A DNA stretch of 64,000 nucleotides, from the NCBI GenBank assembly GCA_032128875.1, contig JAVLKG010000007.1:160001-224000 (forward strand). The letters are read 5' to 3'. The stretch comes from Candidatus Melainabacteria bacterium 17Bon1m. GTDB lineage: Bacteria; Cyanobacteriota; Vampirovibrionia; Obscuribacterales; Obscuribacteraceae. A program made the position numbers and the translations under genes. The notes below the pieces were generated by a model. That model saw only the letters and a program-made list of their open reading frames with translations. It was not told where the DNA came from and searched no databases. This document shows, one piece after another, positions 48,635 through 58,100 of the stretch (position 1 is the stretch's first letter; each line of letters begins with the position of its first letter).

Positions 48635-49237
48635 GTGATTATGGCTGATACTTATAGAGGCTTAGCTAAAACCATTGAATGTCCGAAGACGAAAAAGGAT
48701 CTGCAACGGATCGTCGACGCGGATCACGAGATTATCAATAAAGATGTTTGTCGGACTCTTCGCACGGCAATCAATCAGTGGCGCTCCAACAATCTCAATG
48801 CTTACAAGCCCAGGTATTTTGGGGAGTGCAACATCAATGCACTTTTTCACCAACGCAAAATGCCATGCTTGAAGCAGGTGGTTAAAATCGCACGTAAGCT
48901 CAACTTGAGGTTAGTCCTGAAGACTTATCCATATGCTGAATCTTTCGTTGAGCCATGGCGGCAATACGCATTCGATGACGAATTCGAGCATGCCGAGTTT
49001 GTAGCATTTCTTTGGGGGCTTTCAGCCTACCGCTCGAAGCGCGGAGACACAGAAGAGATGAAATTAGAGCGCGAGCAGATCCTGTCTGAAATAGGTAATC
49101 CGAATTTTGCCCTGTATTGGACGAAATTGATTCGCTACTTTGCCGCATGTGGCTACCAACTCTCTGTTCGATTCGTTGAGAGAGACAACAAAGAGGATGA
49201 AGCAGCACTGCTCCGAAGGCTGAATTACCCGGCTTAG
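48635..49237 (+). CDS. Hypothetical protein with two degenerate XRE-HTH-like C-terminal motifs
   Basis: SD gagg; PCLKQVVKIARKLNLRLVL and TKLIRYFAACGYQLSVRF. Confidence 0.55.
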   Translation: MIMADTYRGLAKTIECPKTKKDLQRIVDADHEIINKDVCRTLRTAINQWRSNNLNAYKPRYFGECNINALFHQRKMPCLKQVVKIARKLNLRLVLKTYPYAESFVEPWRQYAFDDEFEHAEFVAFLWGLSAYRSKRGDTEEMKLEREQILSEIGNPNFALYWTKLIRYFAACGYQLSVRFVERDNKEDEAALLRRLNYPA

Positions 49238-49250
49238 CCTAGCTCTAATT

Positions 49251-49306
49251 CATCAATAAAAGTAAAAGCCGTCGGATTGTTCCACGGCTTTTTGCTTTTA
49301 TTGATG
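49251..49306. terminator. Long, likely bidirectional hairpin between convergent genes
   Basis: catcaataaaagtaaaagccgt...acggctttttgcttttattgatg. Confidence 0.6.
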
Positions 49307-49442
49307 TAATACTAAAACATATAAAAGAAAGCCGGAAAAGAAGAACTGGGGCGGAAATCGCTTTCTCGCCCCAGTTCAAGAAGTTGCAGTTATGGCACTG
49401 CGCGAAGGTCCATAATGCGCGACGCTTGAGTAGGAAAACTCG

Positions 49443-52400
49443 TTATAGTTTGGAGCTTTTCAGCACCATAAGTTTTTCCTGACTCATTTCGTGCGCACTG
49501 TATGCGATACCACCCATGCCAACACCGGAATCGGCGCGTCCACCGAACGGCATCCAGTCCACGCGGAAAGCAGTGTGGTCGTTGACCATTACTGCGGTTG
49601 CGTTGAGCTGTTTGACAGCGTGCATGGCGACATCAATGTCTTTGGCGAACACCGCTGCCTGAAAGGCGAACGGCAAGCTGTTGGCGATTTTGATCGCATC
49701 GTCGATGTTGTCGTACGAATACAAGCAAACGACCGGTCCGAAGATCTCGTCGCTGCTCACTTTCGTGTCAAGCGGCGGATTAACCAGAACAGTCGGCTCG
49801 TAGTACGTGGGTGCAATCACGTTGCCGCCGCACATGAGCTTCGCTCCGGCTGCAACCGCGTCTTTAACCCACTGGTCGATACGTGTCACTTCGCCTGCGC
49901 GAATGAGCGGACCGACTTCCGTGTCTTGCGACTTCGGATCGCCGACCTTCAACGCCTTTGCCTTTTCGGTGATGAGCTTTGCGAACTCGTCCAGGCGAGA
50001 CGCTGGGACGAAGATGCGCTTGCTGCTGACGCAGACCTGTCCGGCGTGATAGAACGCCCCTTTGACCAGAGGGGCAATCACATCTTTGATGTCAGCTGAG
50101 GCGTCGATGATGACCGGTGCGCTGCCGCCGTGTTCGAGGGCGACGCGGGTTCCGGATGCGAGCTTCGAGCGCAGGTACCAGCCAACTTTGGCAGAACCGA
50201 TGAAGGAAAGGTAGCCGACTCGTTTGTCGGTAGCCAGTCTCTCGGAATGCTTGTTGTTGACGAGCAGCACCTGGCACCACTCCTTCGGCAGACCCGCCTC
50301 GTGAAGCAGCTTCACGAAAGCGACGCAGGAGCGTGGTGTGTTGAGCGCAGGTTTTACAATCACCGGGCAGCCCGCGGCAATAGCCGGAATCACCTGGTGG
50401 ACGATGAGGTTGATCGGGTGATTGAACGCCGAGAGCGACACGACGACGCCAATGGGTTCACGGAAAGTGAACGCCTTGCGATTGGTCGAAGCCGCTGTCA
50501 ACCCCATCGGAATTTCGGTGCCATGCAAGTGGTTGATGGCGTCGATGCCGAGTTTTACACCCTGCACCGCCCGGTCGATTTCAACAACAGTGTCGTTATA
50601 GGGTTTCCCACCTTCCTCGACGGCCGTATCGATGAGGCTCTGGCGGTCGCGCTTGAGCAGCTCGGCGAGCCGCTCGAAGATGGCGATACGCTGATGCGGC
50701 GGCAGCCACTTGCTCTGGTCTTTGTAGAGCGCATGGGCAGTCGCTAACGCCTTTTCCACGTTATCGGCTCCATCGAGTTCGATACCTTCAATCAGGCTCC
50801 CATCATGCGGAGAGCGCACCTCCAGCCGCTCGCGGGCCGGTTGCTTGTCCTTAGGCGCTTTCAGATACGCGACGTCCAGGTCGACAAGTTTGAGCTTCTC
50901 GCCAGACGTGTAGTCGATCGGCACATCGATGATGTGCACGCCCTTCGCGTTGAGGCATTCCTTTAGCTTGGGCAAAAGCTCTTCAGTGCGCTCGATGCGA
51001 TGACCGTGCGCGCCGTAAGACGAAGCGAGCGTAACGAAGTCCGGGTTGTTGAAGTCCAGCCCGAAATTCTCCTGCTTGTTCTCCGTCTGTTTCCACTTGA
51101 TCATGCCATAGGCATTGTCGTTGAGGATGACGACGACGAGGTCGAGCTTGAGGCGAATTGCGGTCTCCAGCTCTTGCGAATTCATCATGAATCCGCCGTC
51201 GCCGCAGACAGTGATCACCTTCTGGTTGGGTGCGATGAGCTTCGCCGCAATTGCCGATGGCAAGCCGGCGCCCATCGTGGCGAGCGCATTGTCGAGCAGC
51301 AGTGTGTTCGGACCGTGAGCCCGATAGTTGCGAGCGAACCACAGCTTGTAGAGCCCGTTGTCGAGCGTGACGATGCCATCGGAAGGCATCGCGGCACGGA
51401 CATCGGAGACGAGACGCGAGGGAACGACAGGGAAGCTCTTCGCCGACGACTGCAGCTCTATGAGCTTGTCGCCGTAGGCTTTCACTTCCATGAAGGGCTC
51501 GAAATCCCAGCTCTTCGAGGGCTCGCAATTCTTCGTCAGTTCGTAGAAGGTGTTGGCGATGTCGCCGATCACCTCATGCTGCGGGAAGTATACGTCGTCT
51601 ACTCGCGCCGAGAAGAAGTTGACGTGCAAAACTTTTGCACCGCCGCGTTCCATGAAGAAGGGCGGCTTCTCCACCACGTCGTGACCTACGTTGATGATCA
51701 GGTCAGCTTTGGCAATCGCGTGGTGAACGAGGTCATCGTTCGAAAGCGCTGCAGTGCCGATGTACAGCGGATTACGCTCGTCGACGACACCGACGCCCAT
51801 TTGCGTGTTGACGAAAGGAATGCCGAGCTTGGTGACGAAATCGAGCAGGGCTTTGCGGGTGCGCTTGCGATTGGCGCCGGCTCCGATGAGCACGAGCGGA
51901 TGCTTTGCGGCAGACATCATCGCGCAGGCGGTGGCGATTGAGGTGGGATCTGGATAGGGGCGCATTGCCTGGTGGATAGCGAACGGCTGGTCGCAGTCAC
52001 TGATTTCCTCGGCGGCAATGTCCTCCGGAAACTCGATGTGCACTGCGCCTGGACGCTCCTCGGCGGCGAGGCGGAACGCTTCGCGGACGATGGAGGGAAT
52101 GCGCGAGCCATCGACAATCTGATGCGTAAACTTCGTCAGCGGGCGCATCATGCCGACCACGTCGACGATCTGGAATTGCCCTTGCTTGCTCTTCTTGATC
52201 GGCTTCTGCCCGGTGATCATCACCAGAGGCATGCCGCCGAGATTCGCATAAGCAGCGGCAGTGACGAGATTGGTAGCGCCGGGTCCGAGTGTGGAGAGGC
52301 AGACTCCGGGCTTGCCGGTGAGGCGTCCGTAAGTGGCGGCCATGAAGCCTGCCGCTTGCTCGTGCCTCGTCAGGATCAGTTTGATCTTCGATGTTCTCAG

Positions 52401-52499
52401 TGCTTCCAGGAAGTCGAGATTCTCTTCTCCCGGAATGCCGAAGATGTACTCAACGCCCTCGTTTTCGAGAGCTTTGACTAGGAGTGTTGACGATTTCAT
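49443..52499 (-). CDS. Fusion of an acetolactate-synthase-like ThDP enzyme (N-terminal) and an aldehyde dehydrogenase (C-terminal)
   Basis: FGIPGEENL, RHEQ, GPGATN, GDGGFMMN...LNDN (ThDP); then AFNHP, VKP, FIGS, LEHGG, AGQVCVS, EIFGP (ALDH). One uninterrupted frame; SD aggag before the ATG at 52499. Confidence 0.9.
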   Translation of the reverse strand: MKSSTLLVKALENEGVEYIFGIPGEENLDFLEALRTSKIKLILTRHEQAAGFMAATYGRLTGKPGVCLSTLGPGATNLVTAAAYANLGGMPLVMITGQKPIKKSKQGQFQIVDVVGMMRPLTKFTHQIVDGSRIPSIVREAFRLAAEERPGAVHIEFPEDIAAEEISDCDQPFAIHQAMRPYPDPTSIATACAMMSAAKHPLVLIGAGANRKRTRKALLDFVTKLGIPFVNTQMGVGVVDERNPLYIGTAALSNDDLVHHAIAKADLIINVGHDVVEKPPFFMERGGAKVLHVNFFSARVDDVYFPQHEVIGDIANTFYELTKNCEPSKSWDFEPFMEVKAYGDKLIELQSSAKSFPVVPSRLVSDVRAAMPSDGIVTLDNGLYKLWFARNYRAHGPNTLLLDNALATMGAGLPSAIAAKLIAPNQKVITVCGDGGFMMNSQELETAIRLKLDLVVVILNDNAYGMIKWKQTENKQENFGLDFNNPDFVTLASSYGAHGHRIERTEELLPKLKECLNAKGVHIIDVPIDYTSGEKLKLVDLDVAYLKAPKDKQPARERLEVRSPHDGSLIEGIELDGADNVEKALATAHALYKDQSKWLPPHQRIAIFERLAELLKRDRQSLIDTAVEEGGKPYNDTVVEIDRAVQGVKLGIDAINHLHGTEIPMGLTAASTNRKAFTFREPIGVVVSLSAFNHPINLIVHQVIPAIAAGCPVIVKPALNTPRSCVAFVKLLHEAGLPKEWCQVLLVNNKHSERLATDKRVGYLSFIGSAKVGWYLRSKLASGTRVALEHGGSAPVIIDASADIKDVIAPLVKGAFYHAGQVCVSSKRIFVPASRLDEFAKLITEKAKALKVGDPKSQDTEVGPLIRAGEVTRIDQWVKDAVAAGAKLMCGGNVIAPTYYEPTVLVNPPLDTKVSSDEIFGPVVCLYSYDNIDDAIKIANSLPFAFQAAVFAKDIDVAMHAVKQLNATAVMVNDHTAFRVDWMPFGGRADSGVGMGGIAYSAHEMSQEKLMVLKSSKL

Positions 52500-52964
52500 G
52501 CGGTCTCCTTGCGATTTCGAAAGAGCGCTCGGTGAAACTGACTCGCAGTTTTTGTGTATCTCGGTCATGGTTTCGCTGAGTTCTCCTTCGTGAAACGGCT
52601 TGAGAGTCGTTCCTTGGTTGGACTTAGTAAGCTGCAGTTCTACTGCGCGGGATTGTGCGGGTCGTTGGGTTGCGAAAAAAGACTGGTTCTTCGATGAGGT
52701 TTGTTCTTGTTGTTGAACTGCAATCTTTCAAAGCCTGTGGGCTTATATCAAGCTGCAAGCCGTAATTGTATTTCACCGTAAAGCTCTATGACCTGTTTCA
52801 CATATTCCCTAAATTTCTGCGCAAGCACGCGTATAAAAGGCGCACGTGCAAAGCGGTTGTCAAACGTGTGAGCGGTTCGCATCGTTTGTGCGGTTGGCGC
52901 GAGCGCTTGGCATGTGGGGCTCAGTGTGTTGGGTAAAGTGCAGGCGAACTGCAACATTCCTTTC

Positions 52965-53609
52965 CTATCTGGCGGTCAGTTCAAAGCCCGCATCCGTCTT
53001 TGTCAGCGGCAGAAATTCTTCGGCAATCGGATCGTAGATGTAGACCTGTCCCGTTTCAATTTCGTAGGTCCATGCGTGCAATTCGAGTTCTCGCTGCATT
53101 ATTCGTTTAGAAATGCAGGGCAAGGTGCGCAGATGCTCGATTTGAACAAGAACGTTTTCTTGAATGGCAATGTTCAAAACTCTTTCGAAATCTTGCTCAT
53201 GATAGTTGTCATCCAAAATTCTTTTAGTGTCTTCAGCATGTCTCAGCCAATGTGCCACCGCGGGCAGTTCCCCTAATGAATCTGGCTTCAAAAGGCCCTT
53301 AATTGCACCGCATTGAGAATGTCCGCAAATTATGATGTCTTTTACTTGTAACTCTCGCAATGCGTATTCAATCGAAGCCTCTTCGCCGCTCCATTCTCCA
53401 TAAGGCGGGACGATATTTCCCGCGTTGCGGATGACAAAAAGTTGTCCGGGCTCGCTTGTAGTAATGAGATTTGGCACGACGCGGGAGTCTGAACATGTGA
53501 TGAAGATGGCATCCGGGCTTTGACCCTTTGCCAGATGTTCGAAAAACTCTTGATTGATAGAGTGAATCTCTGACTGAAATTGATGCAAGCCGTGTAGAAG
53601 TTTTTCCAC
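52965..53609 (-). CDS. can: Beta-class carbonic anhydrase
   Basis: GQSP, ITCSDSR, PGQLFVIRNAGN, CGHSQCGA. Confidence 0.93.
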   Translation of the reverse strand: MEKLLHGLHQFQSEIHSINQEFFEHLAKGQSPDAIFITCSDSRVVPNLITTSEPGQLFVIRNAGNIVPPYGEWSGEEASIEYALRELQVKDIIICGHSQCGAIKGLLKPDSLGELPAVAHWLRHAEDTKRILDDNYHEQDFERVLNIAIQENVLVQIEHLRTLPCISKRIMQRELELHAWTYEIETGQVYIYDPIAEEFLPLTKTDAGFELTAR

Positions 53610-53931
53610 TGGAAACCTTTGTCTTTCGTAGATGCTGGACCGACATAATCATACAGGTGAAGCAAGAAACTTACTGTTTGTTTGACTGTGTTTGGCTGGC
53701 GGCCTTTGTGAAAAACGTACGGGTTTGCATTAAACGGGAGCGGAACGAGGCAGCATCAGGGTTTGCTGTAAGCGTACTGAATCGCTTTGTGACACTACAT
53801 CGGCTAGTAATGATGGTTCCAAGTGAAAACCTGATGGAGTGGGCATTTCACCCCATCAGGCTGAGTTTCGTCGCCATTTGCAGCGAAGTAAATTTTTAAC
53901 TTAGAGCTTCAATCGCTTACTTCTTCGCCAT

Positions 53932-54744
53932 TTACTTCAGCGCTTCAGTCGAGTGAAGCACCCCTGGCTCTTGTCCAACGGTCCACTTCAAGATTCGGAA
54001 GGTACCGTCGTATTCTTCGACCAGGGCGGTGCAGTTTTCCACCCAGTCGCCATCGTTCAGATAGAAGATGCCGCCTTTGTCTTTCATCGCCGGATAGTGA
54101 ATGTGGCCGCAAACAACTGCATCGGCGGCTTCGTTGCGTCCGTGTTTGACCACTGCATCTTCAAAGTTGGTGATGAACTGCATGGCGCCCTTGACCTGAC
54201 GCTTCATATAAGAGGCGAGCGACCAGTAAGGCAGACCGAGCTTTCTGCGCGCCATGTTCAGCCAACGGTTGAGGATGACTGTCATGTCGTAAGCCCAGCT
54301 GCCGAAGTGAGCCAGCCATTTCCCGTAGCGAACGACACCGTCGAATTCGTCACCATGAATGATTAGAATCCGTTTGCCGCCCGCGGTGATGTGCCGTTCG
54401 TGATTGCGTACCGGAATTTGGCCAACGATGATGCCGTTGTAGTCGCGCGCAAATTCGTCGTGGTTGCCGGGTATGAAAACCACGTTCGTTCCCTTTCGCG
54501 CCTTGCGCAAGAGCTTCTGCACAACATCGTTGTGAGCTTGCGGCCAATACCAGCGTTGTTTCAAGCGCCAGCCATCGATGATGTCGCCAACAAGATAGAG
54601 ATTATCGCTTTCCGTTCGCTTTAAGAAATCGAGAAGAGTGTCCGCCTGGCAGCCGTAGGTGCCAAGGTGAACGTCGGAGATGAAGATGCTGCGAAAACGC
54701 AGACGCATATCTTCATTGATCGGTGATATCTGCGGAGCATTCAT
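53932..54744 (-). CDS. UDP-2,3-diacylglucosamine diphosphatase-like (LpxH2-type) metallophosphoesterase
   Basis: ISDVHLG, GDIIDGW, PGNHD, IHGDEFD, CGHIH, NDGDWVENCTAL. Confidence 0.88.
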   Translation of the reverse strand: MNAPQISPINEDMRLRFRSIFISDVHLGTYGCQADTLLDFLKRTESDNLYLVGDIIDGWRLKQRWYWPQAHNDVVQKLLRKARKGTNVVFIPGNHDEFARDYNGIIVGQIPVRNHERHITAGGKRILIIHGDEFDGVVRYGKWLAHFGSWAYDMTVILNRWLNMARRKLGLPYWSLASYMKRQVKGAMQFITNFEDAVVKHGRNEAADAVVCGHIHYPAMKDKGGIFYLNDGDWVENCTALVEEYDGTFRILKWTVGQEPGVLHSTEALK

Positions 54745-55312
54745 AAGACTTCTCCTGTTTTGAGAACTGCGCTAGCCGCTCTGGTCAACACCTGGAGGCA
54801 CCCAGTCCCGGGGGGAGACTTGAGTGAATGAAGCAGTAGAAGGAAGAAATGCTGGTTTGGTAAGAGATTCCAGATGAATGAAAATGAGCGGATGATTAAA
54901 CCTAACAATCAGCCAATTTAGAGTCGCGTTTTTGTATCGGAGTTTGTTTGATGTGTGTGTGCCAAAAGTGCTACCAAAAGCCACTCTGCTAGTGATCGAA
55001 CTTTGCAGTTGATCAAATCTTTCTATTTATTTTTGATTGATTGGGGTGGCCCAGTTTGCGCATGCCACCGTATATAGAGGCATCATGTTTTGGTTATGGT
55101 TGGGTTAAGAGGCGCGTAACGATTGCCTTTACGCTGTTTCTTCACATTCGCAATCATTGAATGCATAGTCAGCGCAGACAATGCTTGTATGGTGCGCGAT
55201 GTAGCGCGACCACCTTGCAGCCATGGAAAGAGAAAAAGTAGCAAGGGCATTGTTAGCGGACAATGCCCTTGCTAGACCGTGATCGGGTTGGAGTTTCAGG
55301 GTGTAGAGCAGA

Positions 55313-55675
55313 TCACTGGTCAGATGAAACTTCCTGGTTGGAATCTAATTCTGCGAGTATTTCTTCTTTGACTGAAAGGATCTCGTCAGGAGACAAACCG
55401 GCCGTGTAATGGACGGCTGCAGAAAGTCTGTCTTTGTCATCTTTTGATAATTCGGTCCGTGCGGCTTGTTGAAGGTCTGAAGTCTCGTAAAGGTCGACCA
55501 ATTCAAAGCCGTTTCCTTCATCAATCAAGATTGCTAGAAGACCTTCTTCCGGAGCAATTTCAGCCACGTCTGAAATTGGGCCGACAAACTCATAGTTGCC
55601 GACCAGTATGGATAGGAGTTCGGCGCTGTCCAGTGTGGATTCAGCCGATTCAAATTCTTCCGCAGTTAGATTCAT
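55313..55675 (-). CDS. Acidic hypothetical protein
   Basis: 120 aa; followed by hairpin agcaagggcattgt...acaatgcccttgct. Confidence 0.55.
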   Translation of the reverse strand: MNLTAEEFESAESTLDSAELLSILVGNYEFVGPISDVAEIAPEEGLLAILIDEGNGFELVDLYETSDLQQAARTELSKDDKDRLSAAVHYTAGLSPDEILSVKEEILAELDSNQEVSSDQ

Positions 55676-56076
55676 GTCGATTGAACAAAGCTACTTTCTA
55701 GGTAAGTTGTTGCGGGTATTTTCCGCTGTGCTTACTAAGGTGAGGTTAAGAGCTTTGAACGCGTAACAAAAACTGTAAAGTGCCGACGAATACTTGCTTC
55801 ACACCGAGCCGTGTAAAGCGTTAAATACTCTTGCTTCGTACTTGCCGTTTTTCGTTTGGTTATGCTCGACGGCAACTCTGGCGGCGTGCGGGTTGTTTTT
55901 CATAACTGGAAATCGAGTGCTTTAATTTGGTGAGAAACTCAATTGAGCGCCGGTGGTTTTGCTCGCAATTGTCCGTGATAGTAAAAGATATTAGCTGTGA
56001 TAGTAGAATGGTGCCCGAAAGGAAAAGGGCTAGCGCGATTGGACGCGATAGCCCTCTCCAGTAAAGGTGTCACCGC

Positions 56077-56244
56077 TTAGCGGTGAGGACGTCCGTTGAT
56101 GCGGTTGTCAAATGCACGGCGCTGCTCTTCTTCGGTGAGCTCTGTCCGTCGCTTCACTGCCAAACTGGCAATGTGTTTCACGCCCAAGATGAGCGAAATT
56201 GCGAGGAAAAGGAAGAGTAGGATAACGGGGATCGCCGGGTTCAT
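56077..56244 (-). CDS. 55-aa single-TM small protein (below the ORF track cut-off)
   Basis: SD ggag; MNPAIPVILLFLFLAISLILGVKHIASLAVKRRTELTEEEQRRAFDNRINGRPHR*. Confidence 0.6.
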   Translation of the reverse strand: MNPAIPVILLFLFLAISLILGVKHIASLAVKRRTELTEEEQRRAFDNRINGRPHR

Positions 56245-56443
56245 TGGACGATCTCCACGTTTGCAGTTGTACGAACTGCCAGTGACATTCTTTTATTCCT
56301 TCGATGACACGGGGCGTTTTCCTTTTTGCCCCGCGTGCTTCTGTTCTGTGCGGGCTAAAAGTCGAGAACGGCTGCCTCAATCAGGTGCGAGGTGTTTGAC
56401 TCCCTCGAACCTGTTGAGACAACCGTTTCAACTTCTTCCGCCG

Positions 56444-57115
56444 TTAGATCTGAACGATAGTTGCCGTGCGGGTCTCGGTGTCGATATCGACAACGATTAC
56501 CGTGGGCACGCGCTTGTAGCCTTCGTCAGTGCTGGCCGCGTTGATGCAGAGAGTGTCATTGACCATCTCTTCACCACGCATGCCGTGCACGTGACCGAAT
56601 ACATGGAGGATCGGTGAGATCTCTTCCATGCGCCAACGCAGCTGCGCGCAACCGACCTGCTCGCCACGCGGCAAGACCATGTCGCGCACCGTGTTTGGTG
56701 GCGTGTGGGTGATCAGCACGTCGACGTCATTCGGAATGGCAGACCACTTTGCCTTCAGCTCGAGAGAGCCGCGAGGCAGGTTGAATGCCCAATTTCGGTA
56801 TTCCGGCTGCCAGGGGCTGCCGTAGAATTTCACGCCTTCGATGACGATTTCCCTGTCTTCCAGGTACGTCGCTGCTGTCAGTTCAGCGATTGCCTCCTCG
56901 CGCTGGCGCTCGAAAGGCCAGTCGTGATTGCCGGGGACAACCAGTTTGTGCTTGTGCGGCAACTTCTGCAGTTCGGCATTGAAAGCGGTGATCGCCTTCA
57001 GTTTTTTGCCGCGCATCATGTCCCCGCTGTGGATGAAGACGTCTCCGTCCGGAATCACCCACTTTGAGAGCGGGTGATGATGTGTATCGCTCATCAGCAC
57101 GAGTCTCAGTTTCAT
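56444..57115 (-). CDS. Metallophosphoesterase, MPPED/239FB-like
   Basis: SDTH, DVFIHSGD, PGNHD, YGSPWQP, DVLITHTPP, VGC, HVFGHVH. Confidence 0.9.
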   Translation of the reverse strand: MKLRLVLMSDTHHHPLSKWVIPDGDVFIHSGDMMRGKKLKAITAFNAELQKLPHKHKLVVPGNHDWPFERQREEAIAELTAATYLEDREIVIEGVKFYGSPWQPEYRNWAFNLPRGSLELKAKWSAIPNDVDVLITHTPPNTVRDMVLPRGEQVGCAQLRWRMEEISPILHVFGHVHGMRGEEMVNDTLCINAASTDEGYKRVPTVIVVDIDTETRTATIVQI

Positions 57116-57170
57116 AGGTGGTACCTCAGTCTAATTTCTTACTCCGACAGCAAGAGCGCTGTCGGAGGGA

Positions 57171-57195
57171 GAGGGCGGCACGAATGTCGCCCCTC
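57171..57195. repeat. REP-like single hairpin
   Basis: gagggcggcacgaatgtcgcccctc. Confidence 0.45.
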
Positions 57196-57311
57196 GTTTT
57201 GTTCGAACGAGTAACAACGCTCGTCGTTTTGCGACAGCGCTCTTGTTCGAATGAAGTCTGATGCGGCGCGGATGTAATCCGGTGGAACCGAACCCAGCCG
57301 CTTACATCAGA

Positions 57312-57890
57312 TTACTTGCTGCCGGTCGTCCACTGGAAGCCGAAGCCGTAATGGGCATCGCAGTCCTGGTGACCGCGGAAGTATTGCTCTTCCTTGGTCA
57401 GCGAGATCTGCCCGTCCTTGACGGAGACCTGCGCCAGAGCGCAGAAGGTCTTGCCGCTGGTGGAGTTGTTCAGGTCGATCGTCACGGTGTCGGCGCCGGT
57501 CACTGCCATGGTCACGCGCGTCTTCAGCTTGGCGAAGTCGGACGAGCCCTCGTAGAAGTAGGCGAAGAGGACCAGGCGCTTGATGCGGTCGGGGCGCAGG
57601 ATCTCGAGATTCTCGCCGTCGGCGGAAGCGCCGCTGCGGTCGTCCTTGTCCAGCGCGATGAAGGGGTCGGCGGTGCGGGAGCCGAAGAGGTTGCCCAGCG
57701 CCTGGATGACGCCCTTGCTGCCGTCGACCAGCTCGTACATGCAGCCCAGGTCGAGGTCCTGATTGCCGCCGCCGCCGAACCAGCCCTTCTTCGCGGCCTC
57801 CCACTTGAGGTTGACCTTGATGTTTTGCGGGGCTTCCTTCTTGAGGCTGACCTTGTGTGAGTCACCGGATTTTGCGAGGCTGATAGCCAT
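57312..57890 (-). CDS. TerD/TerA-like stress-response protein
   Basis: VNLKW, DLDLGCMYELVDGSKGVIQALGNLFG, PFIALDKDDRSG, GENL, YGFGFQWTTGSK; SD aaggag. Confidence 0.88.
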   Translation of the reverse strand: MAISLAKSGDSHKVSLKKEAPQNIKVNLKWEAAKKGWFGGGGNQDLDLGCMYELVDGSKGVIQALGNLFGSRTADPFIALDKDDRSGASADGENLEILRPDRIKRLVLFAYFYEGSSDFAKLKTRVTMAVTGADTVTIDLNNSTSGKTFCALAQVSVKDGQISLTKEEQYFRGHQDCDAHYGFGFQWTTGSK

Positions 57891-58100
57891 GTGAATTCTC
57901 CTTGGTTTTGGAAACGAGAACTGTGCGTGGGAATGTCGGTGTGACATCATCGGCAAGGCGCAAGAAAACTCACGCCTCGCCGGTGAACGAGTGATGATTC
58001 GATTGACTGGAGCGCTGCCATCTTCGCGGCTCGAAATGCCGGCGAAGCCGGCGCTGCGGCCGATCAGAAGCCCATGCTCTCGCTTGCTAGAGTCCGCGAC

